DNA of 58,930 nt, the filler included. It is 6 parts of 6 records of this genome, joined end to end, with 100 filler letters (N's around TTAATTAATTAA, not from the genome) between each part and the next. Parts side by side here need not be neighbours in the genome. Positions count along the whole stretch, not along the records: positions 49,465 to 58,930 come from SRR31156797_24200; 5 more parts are not named here. One strand, 5' to 3'. The notes under the pieces were generated by a model that did not search any database, had not been told where the DNA came from, and worked only from the letters and a program-made list of their open reading frames with translations. Shown in pieces: positions 50,192 to 58,930 of this stretch. The number at the start of each line of letters is the position of its first letter. Position 1 is the stretch's first letter. The translations under genes were made by a program, and so were the position numbers.

Positions 50192-50318
50192 AATGTGAAA
50201 AAGATAGTGACCTGGCGGCAAAATCAAGAGGGCCGCGGTTTTCGCCACCAACCTTCACGATAAGTTCACATACCCGGACAGGACCGGAAAACGGCCCGAT
50301 CCTGCCCGTCCGATAGGC

Positions 50319-51710
50319 TCAGTTTATGCTCTGCCAGCCGCCGCCCTGGGCGGGTGCCGGCGCCTGGGGCGTCGCCGGGGCCGATCCGCCCGGTTGCCCC
50401 CAGGATTGGATGCCGCCGCCGAAGGGATCGGGCTGCTGCGCCGGCGGTTGCGCCGGCTGTGGTGCCGGGGCGGGCGCAGGTGCCGCGGCGGCCGCTTCCT
50501 CGCCGCAACCGGGGCCCATGGCGCACATTGGCTTGCGGCCGCTGTATCCGGATATGGTGCCGTACACGGGGCCGAAGGAGTTTTTCGGGCAGTAGTGCTT
50601 GAAGACGCATTTCTTGGTCTCGCGGTCCCAAACCCAGGATACGCAGTTCTTGTCCTTCAGACAGGCGCTGTGGCACAGGGGCGGGGTTTGCGCGTGCACC
50701 TTGGCGTAATGCAGGCCCTTGAAGAATTTGTTGGTCCAATAGGGGAAGTTGCCGAAGGTGCCGCTCGGCGCTCCGGCTCCGTTTGGGATATTGCAGGCCA
50801 TCTGCGGTGGCTGCGGGGCCGGCGGCTGCACGGTCGGGGCCGGCGGCATCGGCGGGTTCACCGGCGGTGCGGTGCCGCCGGTTGCGGCCAGGGCGACGTT
50901 CATCTCGTAAAACGGCGTGTGTTTGTACTTGCCGTTCAAATACAGCTTTTGCCCGGCGCCGCGGTCCATCAAATCGACCCAGGACGGATTGGACTTGGCG
51001 CCTTCCTCGTGCAGGGCTTTTAAAAACGACAACGTGAACAGGCTGCCGTCCGATGTCGCCGTCGACGTCTCGCCGGGGATCGACGAAGTCGCCGCGATGA
51101 ATCCCTTATGTCCGAGAAACAACTTCTTATAGGCGTCCGCATTGACCATCGCCTTGGCCCGGTACTGGTCGGTCTCGCGAATGGACGCGTTGACGACGTT
51201 GTTGCAGGCGTCGGTCAGCATCAGGGTCAGGCGCGCCCCCTTCGCCGTCAGGGTCTGGATGACCCAGGCGTAATCCAGCGGCTCATTCGTGTGGAACCAG
51301 AAATAGGGCCATTTATAGGTCTTCTGCTTGGTTCTGAAGCCGTGCCCCGAATAATAGAAAAGGATGACGTCATCGGGTCCGGCGGCCAGGCCCTGCACCG
51401 CGGCGCCAACTTTATTGAGCGTGAAGTTGTTGCCCTTGATGAAGGTCTTGCGGGTGTTCAGGCCGGTCATGGCGCCGATCCGGTTGACTTCCCGGTCCAT
51501 CAGGCCGAGGTCGAGCGCGACCATGCGGCCGATGTTCTTGTCGTTGGTGTCGATGACGAAAATCGCATGGATCGTCGCCGCTGCCGCGCCGGTGGCCAGA
51601 ACCGGCAGCCAGCCGATCGCCAGGGCCAGGACGATCGGCAAGGCAACCGATTTGGCGACGTTGGACAGGCGCGATTCGGCGCGCGAATTGACAGAATCCT
51701 GGCGGCTCAT
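50319..51710 (-). CDS. Secreted caspase-like (peptidase C14) protein with Pro-rich linker and PAN/apple-like domain
   Basis: Hydrophobic N-terminal signal; FYYSGHG and LTDACN His/Cys dyad; GSLFT; CHSACLKDKNCVSWVW...CVFK; start placed at ATG 51710. Confidence 0.8.
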   Translation of the reverse strand: MSRQDSVNSRAESRLSNVAKSVALPIVLALAIGWLPVLATGAAAATIHAIFVIDTNDKNIGRMVALDLGLMDREVNRIGAMTGLNTRKTFIKGNNFTLNKVGAAVQGLAAGPDDVILFYYSGHGFRTKQKTYKWPYFWFHTNEPLDYAWVIQTLTAKGARLTLMLTDACNNVVNASIRETDQYRAKAMVNADAYKKLFLGHKGFIAATSSIPGETSTATSDGSLFTLSFLKALHEEGAKSNPSWVDLMDRGAGQKLYLNGKYKHTPFYEMNVALAATGGTAPPVNPPMPPAPTVQPPAPQPPQMACNIPNGAGAPSGTFGNFPYWTNKFFKGLHYAKVHAQTPPLCHSACLKDKNCVSWVWDRETKKCVFKHYCPKNSFGPVYGTISGYSGRKPMCAMGPGCGEEAAAAAPAPAPAPQPAQPPAQQPDPFGGGIQSWGQPGGSAPATPQAPAPAQGGGWQSIN

Positions 51711-51894
51711 TGTTTCCCCCCGCTTTCGGTCCGTGTTGGCCACGTTTATGCAAGGTCGAGGGGGCACAATTTCTCCCACGGCCTCGCTTGAGCGCCAGAA
51801 TACCATCTGAAGGCGGACGGCAAAACGGTGGAAAAAAGGCGGAACGCGCGCCGGTCGGCGTGACGGCGCGGTCCATCAGGGATGTTTTGGCTTG

Positions 51895-52380
51895 TTATTC
51901 GGCGGCGGCGGCCATTTCCGATGGCATGTCACCGCGAATCACGTAGGCCAGGGTCTGCACCACCTGTTCCGGCGTTTCGCAGACGGCGCTGGCCGCCGCG
52001 TCGACTTCCTTCAGCGGATGGGTCAGCGACTCATCGTGCAGGGTGATGATCGACTTGCCCAGGGCGGCGGCCATGCCGGCGTCGAAGGCGGCGTTCCACT
52101 GGCGGTACTTGTCGCCGAAGCGAACGACGACGATATCGGCGTCCTCGATCAGGGTGCGGATGCGCATGGCGTTCATGCTGGCCGCCTTGTTGTCGTACCA
52201 GAACTTCTTGTCCTCGGGGCCCAGGATGGCGGCGGCGCAATCGTCGCTGTGCTCGTGCACGCAGATCGGCGCGTCGAGGCGCACCGGCAATTGCAGCCTG
52301 GCGACGCCGTCGGTGATGCGTTGGCGCCAATCGCTGTGGATTTCGCCCGATAGATAGACACGCCAGGTTTTGTCGCTCAT
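51895..52380 (-). CDS. YtoQ-family protein (nucleoside deoxyribosyltransferase-like fold)
   Basis: VYLSGEIHSDWR, HEHSDDC, VVRFGDKYRQWNAAFDAG, HPLKEVD; the 487-aa track ORF is an upstream over-extension. Confidence 0.88.
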   Translation of the reverse strand: MSDKTWRVYLSGEIHSDWRQRITDGVARLQLPVRLDAPICVHEHSDDCAAAILGPEDKKFWYDNKAASMNAMRIRTLIEDADIVVVRFGDKYRQWNAAFDAGMAAALGKSIITLHDESLTHPLKEVDAAASAVCETPEQVVQTLAYVIRGDMPSEMAAAAE

Positions 52381-52517
52381 GTGTTTTCCTTTTTTTTGGC
52401 CGCGCCGGCGCGCCTTGGCCGGTCGAAAACGAATGCGGAATGTAAATAGCCGCCTGAAGGAAGGAAATATAGTGCCGCGTCGGCCCCGCTCAATAGGTTC
52501 CGGCTGTTTGCCAATAT

Positions 52518-53408
52518 TCACAGATACATCGGATTGGAAAAGGCCCGCTTGCCACGATCGTCGGTGACGATCAGGCGCGCCCAGCCGTCGGCGAAGACTT
52601 CCAGCGGCAGGCGGGCCCGCGTGATCTCCGTCCCGCTTATGAATTCCCGCCGGGAGCCGCGGCCGATCAGCCTGATCGCGCCAACCGGGCTGGTCTCGAC
52701 AAGCAGGGCATCGCCGTTTCTTTCGACATGATGGATCTGCGGCCCCTGCGATGCGTAATAGGTCCCGTTCTTGAGGGCGGCGAGAATGGCTTCCGGCGAG
52801 TTGTCTTCCGCCTTCACCATCACCCAGCCCCCCAGTGCGTCGTCGCGGTAGCGATGCGCGTCGTCGACCGCGATGGCGCCGAGCCGGCGTCCGGCCGACA
52901 GCAACTGGTCGAGAAGATATCCGCCTTCGCCCCGGCCCGATTGCACCAGATTGATCGTGTTGAACACCTCGACGGCGTGGGCCGAACCGATGGTCAGCGC
53001 GTCCTCCAGGGTGATCCCGTACCATTCCGGATGGGCGACGGCGATAAAGGCGCCGGCGGCGCCGGCCCGTTCGGCCAATTCGGGACCGGTCTCGGAATCG
53101 GAAGTCGGCGCGAAATCGGCCGGCAGGCCGACCGCCAGAATATGCCAGGGATCGCCCAGCCACGTCGCCGGTGCATGAAGTTCCGCCCCCGGAATCGTCG
53201 TGAAACCGTCGGTGCGGAATGCGATCGTGTCCGAAATCGGGAAGTCGTACTGCTTGCGGAAATGATCGCTCAGACAGACGAAATCGTATCCGTGCGAACG
53301 ATAGAACCGGCAGACCCCCTCGGGCGTCAGGTCGCCGTCGGAATTGGTCGAATGACAATGCAGGTTGCCGCGCAGAAAACGGCCGGGGGCTGTGAAAGCG
53401 TCCAGCAT
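52518..53408 (-). CDS. PHP-domain metallo-phosphoesterase (CehA/McbA-like)
   Basis: GNLHCHSTNSDG, LSDH, GAELH, AHPEW, VEVFN, VDDAH, YYASQGP, AFSNP. Confidence 0.85.
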   Translation of the reverse strand: MLDAFTAPGRFLRGNLHCHSTNSDGDLTPEGVCRFYRSHGYDFVCLSDHFRKQYDFPISDTIAFRTDGFTTIPGAELHAPATWLGDPWHILAVGLPADFAPTSDSETGPELAERAGAAGAFIAVAHPEWYGITLEDALTIGSAHAVEVFNTINLVQSGRGEGGYLLDQLLSAGRRLGAIAVDDAHRYRDDALGGWVMVKAEDNSPEAILAALKNGTYYASQGPQIHHVERNGDALLVETSPVGAIRLIGRGSRREFISGTEITRARLPLEVFADGWARLIVTDDRGKRAFSNPMYL

Positions 53409-53598
53409 GGAATCCTCATTTCGATTCAACGGGGGAGGGGAGCCGTTCGGGAACATCCGGCGCCCAACCTGAACGGTAAATATGACCGGTTCTTTTCATT
53501 GCTATCTTCTTGGTCGCGTCTTCTTCTTTTTGTCACGCCAAGTTCCGAATTTGGCGGATCGGCCGCAAGCGCCCTGTCATAGGGTGGGTGTCACCGGC

Positions 53599-53631
53599 CG
53601 GTTTAACCAACTTCCCAACTTGGTGTGACAA
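53599..53631. promoter_or_regulatory. Pair of GntR/FadR-type operator-like sites
   Basis: CGGTTTAACCA (53599-53609) and TGGTGTGACAA (53621-53631), both GGT-N3-AC, 22 bp apart, in the divergent intergenic region. Confidence 0.33.
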
Positions 53632-53804
53632 CTCCGCGAAACCGCCCGGTGACGGCGACGGCGGTAACACGGCTGTCATTCGGTTGGGCGATCCTTGCCC
53701 GTGCATCCCAACGCCCGGAACGGCCGCGCTGGGAAACCGCGTGTTCACGCCCTTTAGGCGTCGCACGGAGCTGGAATACGTCGACCAACCGAGAGGACCA
53801 AGGC

Positions 53805-55355
53805 ATGAAACCAGGTATTCGGGGCATTCTGTATGCGCCCCTGTTCGCGGCACTGCTTTTCGGCACCGCCGCCGAAGCCCAAGAACTGCGCATCGCGCTT
53901 TCCTCCTTCGAGAAGGGTCTCGATCCCCAGGACAACACCGGCAATTCCGGGGCGCCGATGCTCTATCAGATCTATGACACGCTGATCGAGCGCGAGAGCT
54001 TCTCGACGCCACTGTCGTTCAAGCCTGGCCTTGCCACCGAGTGGCGCCAACTCGAACCGACGGTTTGGGAACTCAAGCTACGCAAAGACGTGGTCTTTCA
54101 CAACGGCGATACGCTGGACGCCTATGACGTCGAGTTCTCGCTCGACCGCATGTACCATCACAAAGACCCTGAATTCTTCAGTGCCTGGGGCCGCTGGCAC
54201 TACAATTTCAAGGATGTGGAGGTGGTAGACACGAACACCGTCCGCATCCACACGCTTCGTCCCGAACCCGCTTTTCTGACCCTGATCTCGGCCCGCTCGG
54301 CCGGCATCACCTCGAAGGAATACAATGAGAAAGTGGGCTTCGACGACGCTAGGCTGAATCCGGTCGGCACTGGCCCCTACGAGGTAACGAAGTTCGTGCC
54401 CGGCGAAAGCCTGGTCCTGGAGCGCTTCGAAAAGCATTGGGGAGAGCCGGCCGCGCTCGACAAAGTCACCATGCTCTACGTACCCGAGGTGGCCAGCCGC
54501 GTCACCGGCCTGGTGAATGGCGAATTCGACCTGGTTGCCAATATCCCGCCGGATCAGGAAAGCGCCATGAAGGTCGACGGCATCAAGATCCAGGGCGTCA
54601 CCTGGCCGATGTTCCACGTCTGGATCATCGCCCAGAACAATCCGCCGACCGACGATCCCCGCGTGCGCAAGGCGCTTCGTCTATGCACCGACCGCAAAGC
54701 CCTGGTCGACGGTCTTTGGGGCGGCAAGGCCGGTGTTCCCACCGCCCATCAGTTCCCCGAATACGGCGCGCCGCTCTATATCGAGGGCCTGAATCTCATC
54801 GAGTACAATCCGGAGGAGGCCAAAAAACTTCTCGCCGAGGCGGGCTACAAAGGCGAGGAGATGGTGGTATCGCATCCCGGCGGCTATTACCTTTACGGTG
54901 ATCTCGCCGCCCAGGTGATCCAGCAGCAGTGGGCCAAGTGCGGCTTGAAGCTGCGCCTGCAGGAAGAGGACTGGGCGACCTTCCACGCCTCCCAGCCCCA
55001 CGACAAGATCAACTTCCGAGCCTGGTCGAATCCCATGTACTACCCGGACCCGATGGGCGCGATGGACACCCACTGGTCGCCAAAATCGTGGGCGGCGGTG
55101 CGCAATCTCTGGACCCCTTCGCATCCCGAATGGAATGCCACCTATGAAACCGCGCGATTCGCGACCGACTCGATGAAGCGCCGTGCCGCGTATCAAAAGC
55201 TGCTGGAACTCTCGGAGGAGGAGTCGGGCTGGCTCCTACTCTATAAGCCGCACGAGCTGTACGCGATGCGCGACGGCATCTCGTTCGACATCCCGATCGC
55301 TCAGCGGCCCTACGTGATTCCGCTGCGCGGCGGCGAAATCAAAGTGGCGAACTAA
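53805..55355 (+). CDS. Family-5 ABC substrate-binding protein (AccA-like)
   Basis: GAGAGGA RBS before ATG 53805; signal peptide; QIYDTLIER, PGLATEW, FHNG, PVGTGPY, GLWGGKA, RAWSN. Confidence 0.88.
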   Translation: MKPGIRGILYAPLFAALLFGTAAEAQELRIALSSFEKGLDPQDNTGNSGAPMLYQIYDTLIERESFSTPLSFKPGLATEWRQLEPTVWELKLRKDVVFHNGDTLDAYDVEFSLDRMYHHKDPEFFSAWGRWHYNFKDVEVVDTNTVRIHTLRPEPAFLTLISARSAGITSKEYNEKVGFDDARLNPVGTGPYEVTKFVPGESLVLERFEKHWGEPAALDKVTMLYVPEVASRVTGLVNGEFDLVANIPPDQESAMKVDGIKIQGVTWPMFHVWIIAQNNPPTDDPRVRKALRLCTDRKALVDGLWGGKAGVPTAHQFPEYGAPLYIEGLNLIEYNPEEAKKLLAEAGYKGEEMVVSHPGGYYLYGDLAAQVIQQQWAKCGLKLRLQEEDWATFHASQPHDKINFRAWSNPMYYPDPMGAMDTHWSPKSWAAVRNLWTPSHPEWNATYETARFATDSMKRRAAYQKLLELSEEESGWLLLYKPHELYAMRDGISFDIPIAQRPYVIPLRGGEIKVAN

Positions 55356-55370
55356 AGTCCAATTGACATA

Positions 55371-55399
55371 GGCTCCGGGCGGCCCGTCCGCCCGGAGCC
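55371..55399 (+). other. 12-bp GC hairpin after the SBP gene
   Basis: GGCTCCGGGCGG-CCCGT-CCGCCCGGAGCC. Confidence 0.6.
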
Positions 55400-55424
55400 C
55401 CTGATTAAGCAGGCAAACGTCCCG

Positions 55425-56345
55425 GTGCTTCAATTTCTCGCCGTCCGCTTCGGCCGCGCGCTGATCACGATGCTTCTTGTTTTGATCATCGCGTTCCTGA
55501 CCGTGCGCTTCTCCGGCACGCCTTTCGGGCAAATGTATCCCGACTCCTTGACTGCCGAGTTGGAGCAGGCGTTGATGGAGAAGTACGGTTTCGACCAGCC
55601 GCTTCTAAGCCAGTTTGGCACCTATCTCGGCAAAGCTGTCCAAGGCGACTTTGGGCGCAGCCTGTACAGCCGCGAGTATGCGGTTGACATCTACGCCGAG
55701 AAGATGCCCTACACGCTGGCCGTAGGCGGGCTGGCGCTGCTTCTTGCCATCGCCGTCGGCATTCCGCTCGGCGCGCTAGCCGCGCTCTACCGCACAAGCC
55801 CTGGATCGCGGTTCGGCATGGGCTTCGCCTTTCTCGGTTATGCCGTGCCCCATTTTGTGATCGGAATCGGGCTGATTCTGCTCTTCGGCTACTATTGGCG
55901 CGTCCTGCCCACGACAGGCCTCGACACCTGGATGCACTATGTTCTGCCGGTCGTCACGCTTGCGATCCCGATGATCGCTACACTCGCGCGGTTCCTGCGG
56001 GCGTCGATGATGGATGCCATCTCCCATCCCCATGTGCTAACGGCTGTCGGCAAGGGTCTCGTGCCGCAGAAAGTTGTTCGCAGGCATATTCTGCGCAACG
56101 CCATGCTGCCGGTGATTACGGTGATCGGGCTCGAGATAGCGGGATTGCTCAATGGCTCGATCTTTGTCGAGGCCGTCTATTCCCTTCCCGGCGTCGGACG
56201 GATTCTGGTCGGCGCCGTTACGCAACGCGATTTTCCCGTCCTGCAGTTTGGCGTTATTGCCTATTCCCTGATAGTCGTGGGGGTGAATTTGGTCGTCGAC
56301 CTGCTCTACGTCGTTGCCGATCCGCGCGTGCGGTTGGAGTCATAG
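55425..56345 (+). CDS. DppB/OppB-type permease
   Basis: GDFGRS, HILRNAMLP, VEAVYSLPGVG, VDLLYVVADPRVR. Confidence 0.92.
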   Translation: MLQFLAVRFGRALITMLLVLIIAFLTVRFSGTPFGQMYPDSLTAELEQALMEKYGFDQPLLSQFGTYLGKAVQGDFGRSLYSREYAVDIYAEKMPYTLAVGGLALLLAIAVGIPLGALAALYRTSPGSRFGMGFAFLGYAVPHFVIGIGLILLFGYYWRVLPTTGLDTWMHYVLPVVTLAIPMIATLARFLRASMMDAISHPHVLTAVGKGLVPQKVVRRHILRNAMLPVITVIGLEIAGLLNGSIFVEAVYSLPGVGRILVGAVTQRDFPVLQFGVIAYSLIVVGVNLVVDLLYVVADPRVRLES

Positions 56346-57212
56346 ATGGGCCAGACTGCAATCCCAACCCGGACCCGCAATTCATTCGCCCTTCGTTGCG
56401 ATACCCTGACCCTTTCGACGTTTGCGCTCGCTACGATCATCCTTTCCGGGATCCTGGCGCCGTTGATCGCGCCCTATGACCCGGACGCTGTGAACCTGCT
56501 GATGCGATCAAAGCCGCCGATCTGGCTGGGGGGGGAGTGGGCCTACCCGTTTGGCACCGACACTATCGGACGCGATTTGCTTTCCCGCTGCCTCTACGGC
56601 ATCCGGACCAGTTTTGGAATCGCCTGCATCGGCCTTGTATTCTCGGCCTGTTTGGGGATCGGTATCGGGATCGTGGCGGGCCTCGGCGGCCCCCTCGCCG
56701 ATCGTATCCTGATGACCATCGTCGATGTGTTCATCACCTTGCCGAATCTCCTTTTGATGCTTTGCGGCATCGCGTTGCTCGGCACGGAAATCTGGGTACT
56801 CGTGCTGATGATCGGACTGGTGAAATGGGAGGGCTATTCGCGCCTTGTTCGCGGTCAAGTGTTGAGCTTACGCGAACAGGGCTATGTCGAGGCCGCGCGC
56901 GTCCTGGGGGCCGGGCGCTGGCGTATCGCGCTTCGCCATATCCTGCCCAATCTCGCCTCGCCCCTGGTGGTTATCCTGACGCTGAGCTTTCCCGGCGTGC
57001 TTTTGATGGAAGCCGGCCTGTCGTTCCTCGGCGTTGGCGTGCAGCCGCCGATGGCCTCGCTCGGCCGAATGATCGGCGACGGCCGCGATTATCTGATCAA
57101 CGCGTGGTGGATTGCGGGGATGCCGTCCATCGTCATCGTCATGATCACCCTTTCCTTTCAATTGATCGGCGACGGTCTGCGCGACCGGGTAAGCGAGTGG
57201 GAAGATGGCTGA
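56346..57212 (+). CDS. DppC/OppC-type permease
   Basis: PFGTDTIGRDLLSR, YVEAARVLGA, HILPN, LSFLGVG. Confidence 0.92.
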   Translation: MGQTAIPTRTRNSFALRCDTLTLSTFALATIILSGILAPLIAPYDPDAVNLLMRSKPPIWLGGEWAYPFGTDTIGRDLLSRCLYGIRTSFGIACIGLVFSACLGIGIGIVAGLGGPLADRILMTIVDVFITLPNLLLMLCGIALLGTEIWVLVLMIGLVKWEGYSRLVRGQVLSLREQGYVEAARVLGAGRWRIALRHILPNLASPLVVILTLSFPGVLLMEAGLSFLGVGVQPPMASLGRMIGDGRDYLINAWWIAGMPSIVIVMITLSFQLIGDGLRDRVSEWEDG

Positions 57213-58182
57213 CGACGTCCTGCTGTCGATGCGCCGGGTGCACGTGCGTTTCAACACGCCGCGCGGTGTCGTGCACGCGGTGCGCGGCGCCGATCTCGAT
57301 ATCGCCAAGGGCGAGGTGCTGGCCGTGGTCGGCGAATCCGGTTCCGGGAAATCGGCCCTGGCGAAGTCGATCCTGCGCCAGCATCAGCCGCCGTTCACCC
57401 GGCCGACGACTCGCATCGACGGGGAAATCATCCTCGGGGGAAACGGCGAAAAGCACGATTTGGCCACCTTGGATACGCAAACCATGCGCCGTATCCGGGC
57501 CGAACAAATCGGCGTCATTTCCCAGGACGCCTTGTCCGCCCTCAACCCGGTGATGACCATCGGACATCAGGTGACCGAGGCCGTTTTGTCCCGCTATCCA
57601 AGGCTGACACGCCCGGAAGCGCTTCACCGCACCATCGCCATTCTTCACGAGGTCGGCATCCCAGATGCGGAACGGCGCACCCGCACCTACCCGCACCAGC
57701 TTTCCGGTGGGCAGCGCCAGCGCGTGGTGATCGCCATGGCGGCGGTTCGCGATCCGCGCCTGCTGATCGCCGACGAACCGACCACGGCCCTCGACGTGAC
57801 GGTCCAAAAACGGATTCTCGGCCTTCTGCTTCGGCTGCGGGCGGCCCATGAAATGTCGATATTGTTCATCACCCACGATCTCGGCGTCGTCGCGGAGATC
57901 GCCGACAGGGTCGCGGTCATGTATGCCGGCCGGATTGTCGAATCCGGGCCGGTCGGAACCGTTCTCCGGACCCCGGCCCATCCCTATACGCGCGGGCTGC
58001 TGGCGACGCTTCCCGGCCGCCGCGACAGGCAATCGGCCCTGCGTGGGTACGCGCCGGAACCGCGGAACACGCCCCCGGGCTGTGCCTTTCATCCAAGATG
58101 CCCGCTCGCCCGGTCGAAATGCAGCGAAACGCCGCCGGTTCGCCGCGTCGATCGGCACATCGTTCAATGCTGGGACGGCTGA
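57205..58182 (+). CDS. DppD/OppD-type ATPase
   Basis: GESGSGKS, YPHQLSGGQRQR, DEPTTALD, HPYTRGLL, GCAFHPRC. Confidence 0.93.
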   Translation: MADDVLLSMRRVHVRFNTPRGVVHAVRGADLDIAKGEVLAVVGESGSGKSALAKSILRQHQPPFTRPTTRIDGEIILGGNGEKHDLATLDTQTMRRIRAEQIGVISQDALSALNPVMTIGHQVTEAVLSRYPRLTRPEALHRTIAILHEVGIPDAERRTRTYPHQLSGGQRQRVVIAMAAVRDPRLLIADEPTTALDVTVQKRILGLLLRLRAAHEMSILFITHDLGVVAEIADRVAVMYAGRIVESGPVGTVLRTPAHPYTRGLLATLPGRRDRQSALRGYAPEPRNTPPGCAFHPRCPLARSKCSETPPVRRVDRHIVQCWDG

Positions 58183-58184
58183 CC

Positions 58185-58930
58185 ATGTCGAATGTCATCA
58201 CCTTTGCCAATGTCGGCGTCTCCTTTCACGGCCAATGGCCCTGGCGTGGCATCCCGGTCACGGCGCTTGCGCGGATCAACCTGTCGCTGACACGCGGCGA
58301 GACGTTGGGAATCGTCGGCGAATCCGGGTCCGGCAAATCGACGCTCGGGCGGGTTCTGCTGCGGCTGCTGGCGCCGACGACGGGCCGGGTCGTCGTCGAC
58401 GGCATTAATCCCTATACCCTTTCCGGACGGGCGCTCCTGGCCTATCGCCGGCGCGTTCAGGCGGTCTTTCAGGATTCGGTGGCGTCGTTCAATCCGCGCA
58501 TGACATTGGGCGAGGCGGTGCGCGAGGGGCTCGACATTCACGACATCGGTACCCGCAACCGGCGCGACGCGGTCGTCGGCGAGATGTTCGAACTGGTCGG
58601 TCTCGGCGCCGACTACGCCGAACGCTATCCCCACGCCATCTCCGGCGGTCAGCGCCAGCGGGTCAACATCGCCCGGGCGCTTGCCATCGAACCGGAGATC
58701 CTCGTCGCCGACGAACCGGTATCGGCCCTCGATGTCTCCATCCAGTCACAAATCCTCGATTTGTTTGAAAACCTCCGGGCGGCGCGAAACCTGACCCTTA
58801 TCTTCATCTCCCACGATCTGTCGGTCGTCCGGGAACTGTGCGACCGGGTCGTCGTGCTGAAGGACGGGCGGATCGTCGAGGATGCGCCGACCGGGCAGCT
58901 CTTCGAAAATCCCCGGCACGACTACACCAA
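58185..58930 (+). CDS. DppF/OppF-type ATPase, runs off the window end
   Basis: ATG 58185 MSNVITF...GESGSGKSTL...YPHAISGGQRQR...DEPVSALD...ISHDL; not in the ORF track because there is no stop. Confidence 0.9.
   Translation, partial: MSNVITFANVGVSFHGQWPWRGIPVTALARINLSLTRGETLGIVGESGSGKSTLGRVLLRLLAPTTGRVVVDGINPYTLSGRALLAYRRRVQAVFQDSVASFNPRMTLGEAVREGLDIHDIGTRNRRDAVVGEMFELVGLGADYAERYPHAISGGQRQRVNIARALAIEPEILVADEPVSALDVSIQSQILDLFENLRAARNLTLIFISHDLSVVRELCDRVVVLKDGRIVEDAPTGQLFENPRHDYT

Noticed and set aside
52381-53358. N-terminal 326 aa of the 487-aa ORF as a YtoQ fusion
   Set aside because: Arg-rich off-frame overlap with the PHP gene; YtoQ has its own RBS and ATG at 52380.
56537-58167. 338-aa and 340-aa ORFs overlapping the DppC/DppD-type genes
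   Set aside because: Off-frame or antisense shadows in high-GC coding sequence.

Overview
This window is not one locus. It is six unrelated contigs joined by five identical 100-nt artificial spacers (N-run, TTAATTAATTAA, N-run); taxonomy below is inferred from gene content and base composition. (1) 1-6141, Desulfobacteraceae-like: a TonB-dependent receptor abutting a hybrid histidine kinase. (2) 6242-17763, high-GC spirochaete-like: dihydropyrimidinase, AraR-type regulator, GH43, sugar ABC transporter, argP/argO and a YesM/YesN-like pair. (3) 17864-24045, lower-GC bacterium: nested IS fragments, an opuAA/proV pseudogene, a KamA-family radical SAM aminomutase and a type III glutamine synthetase. 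(4) 24146-33920, Bacteroidota: a carbohydrate/unknown catabolic cluster. (5) 34021-49364, Methanosarcinaceae: cdhABC, aksA, NAD kinase, GAPDH and other housekeeping genes. (6) 49465-58930, Alphaproteobacteria: a secreted caspase-like protease, YtoQ, a PHP hydrolase and an AccA-like family-5 ABC transporter. The most notable signal is in contig 3. Two copies of a structured RNA leader that I do not recognise, with structure-preserving substitutions and an intrinsic terminator, precede the osmoprotectant ABC ATPase remnant and the aminomutase + GSIII pair. This suggests a candidate osmotic-stress riboswitch controlling a possible beta-glutamate/beta-glutamine pathway. No rRNA, tRNA or CRISPR array was seen.
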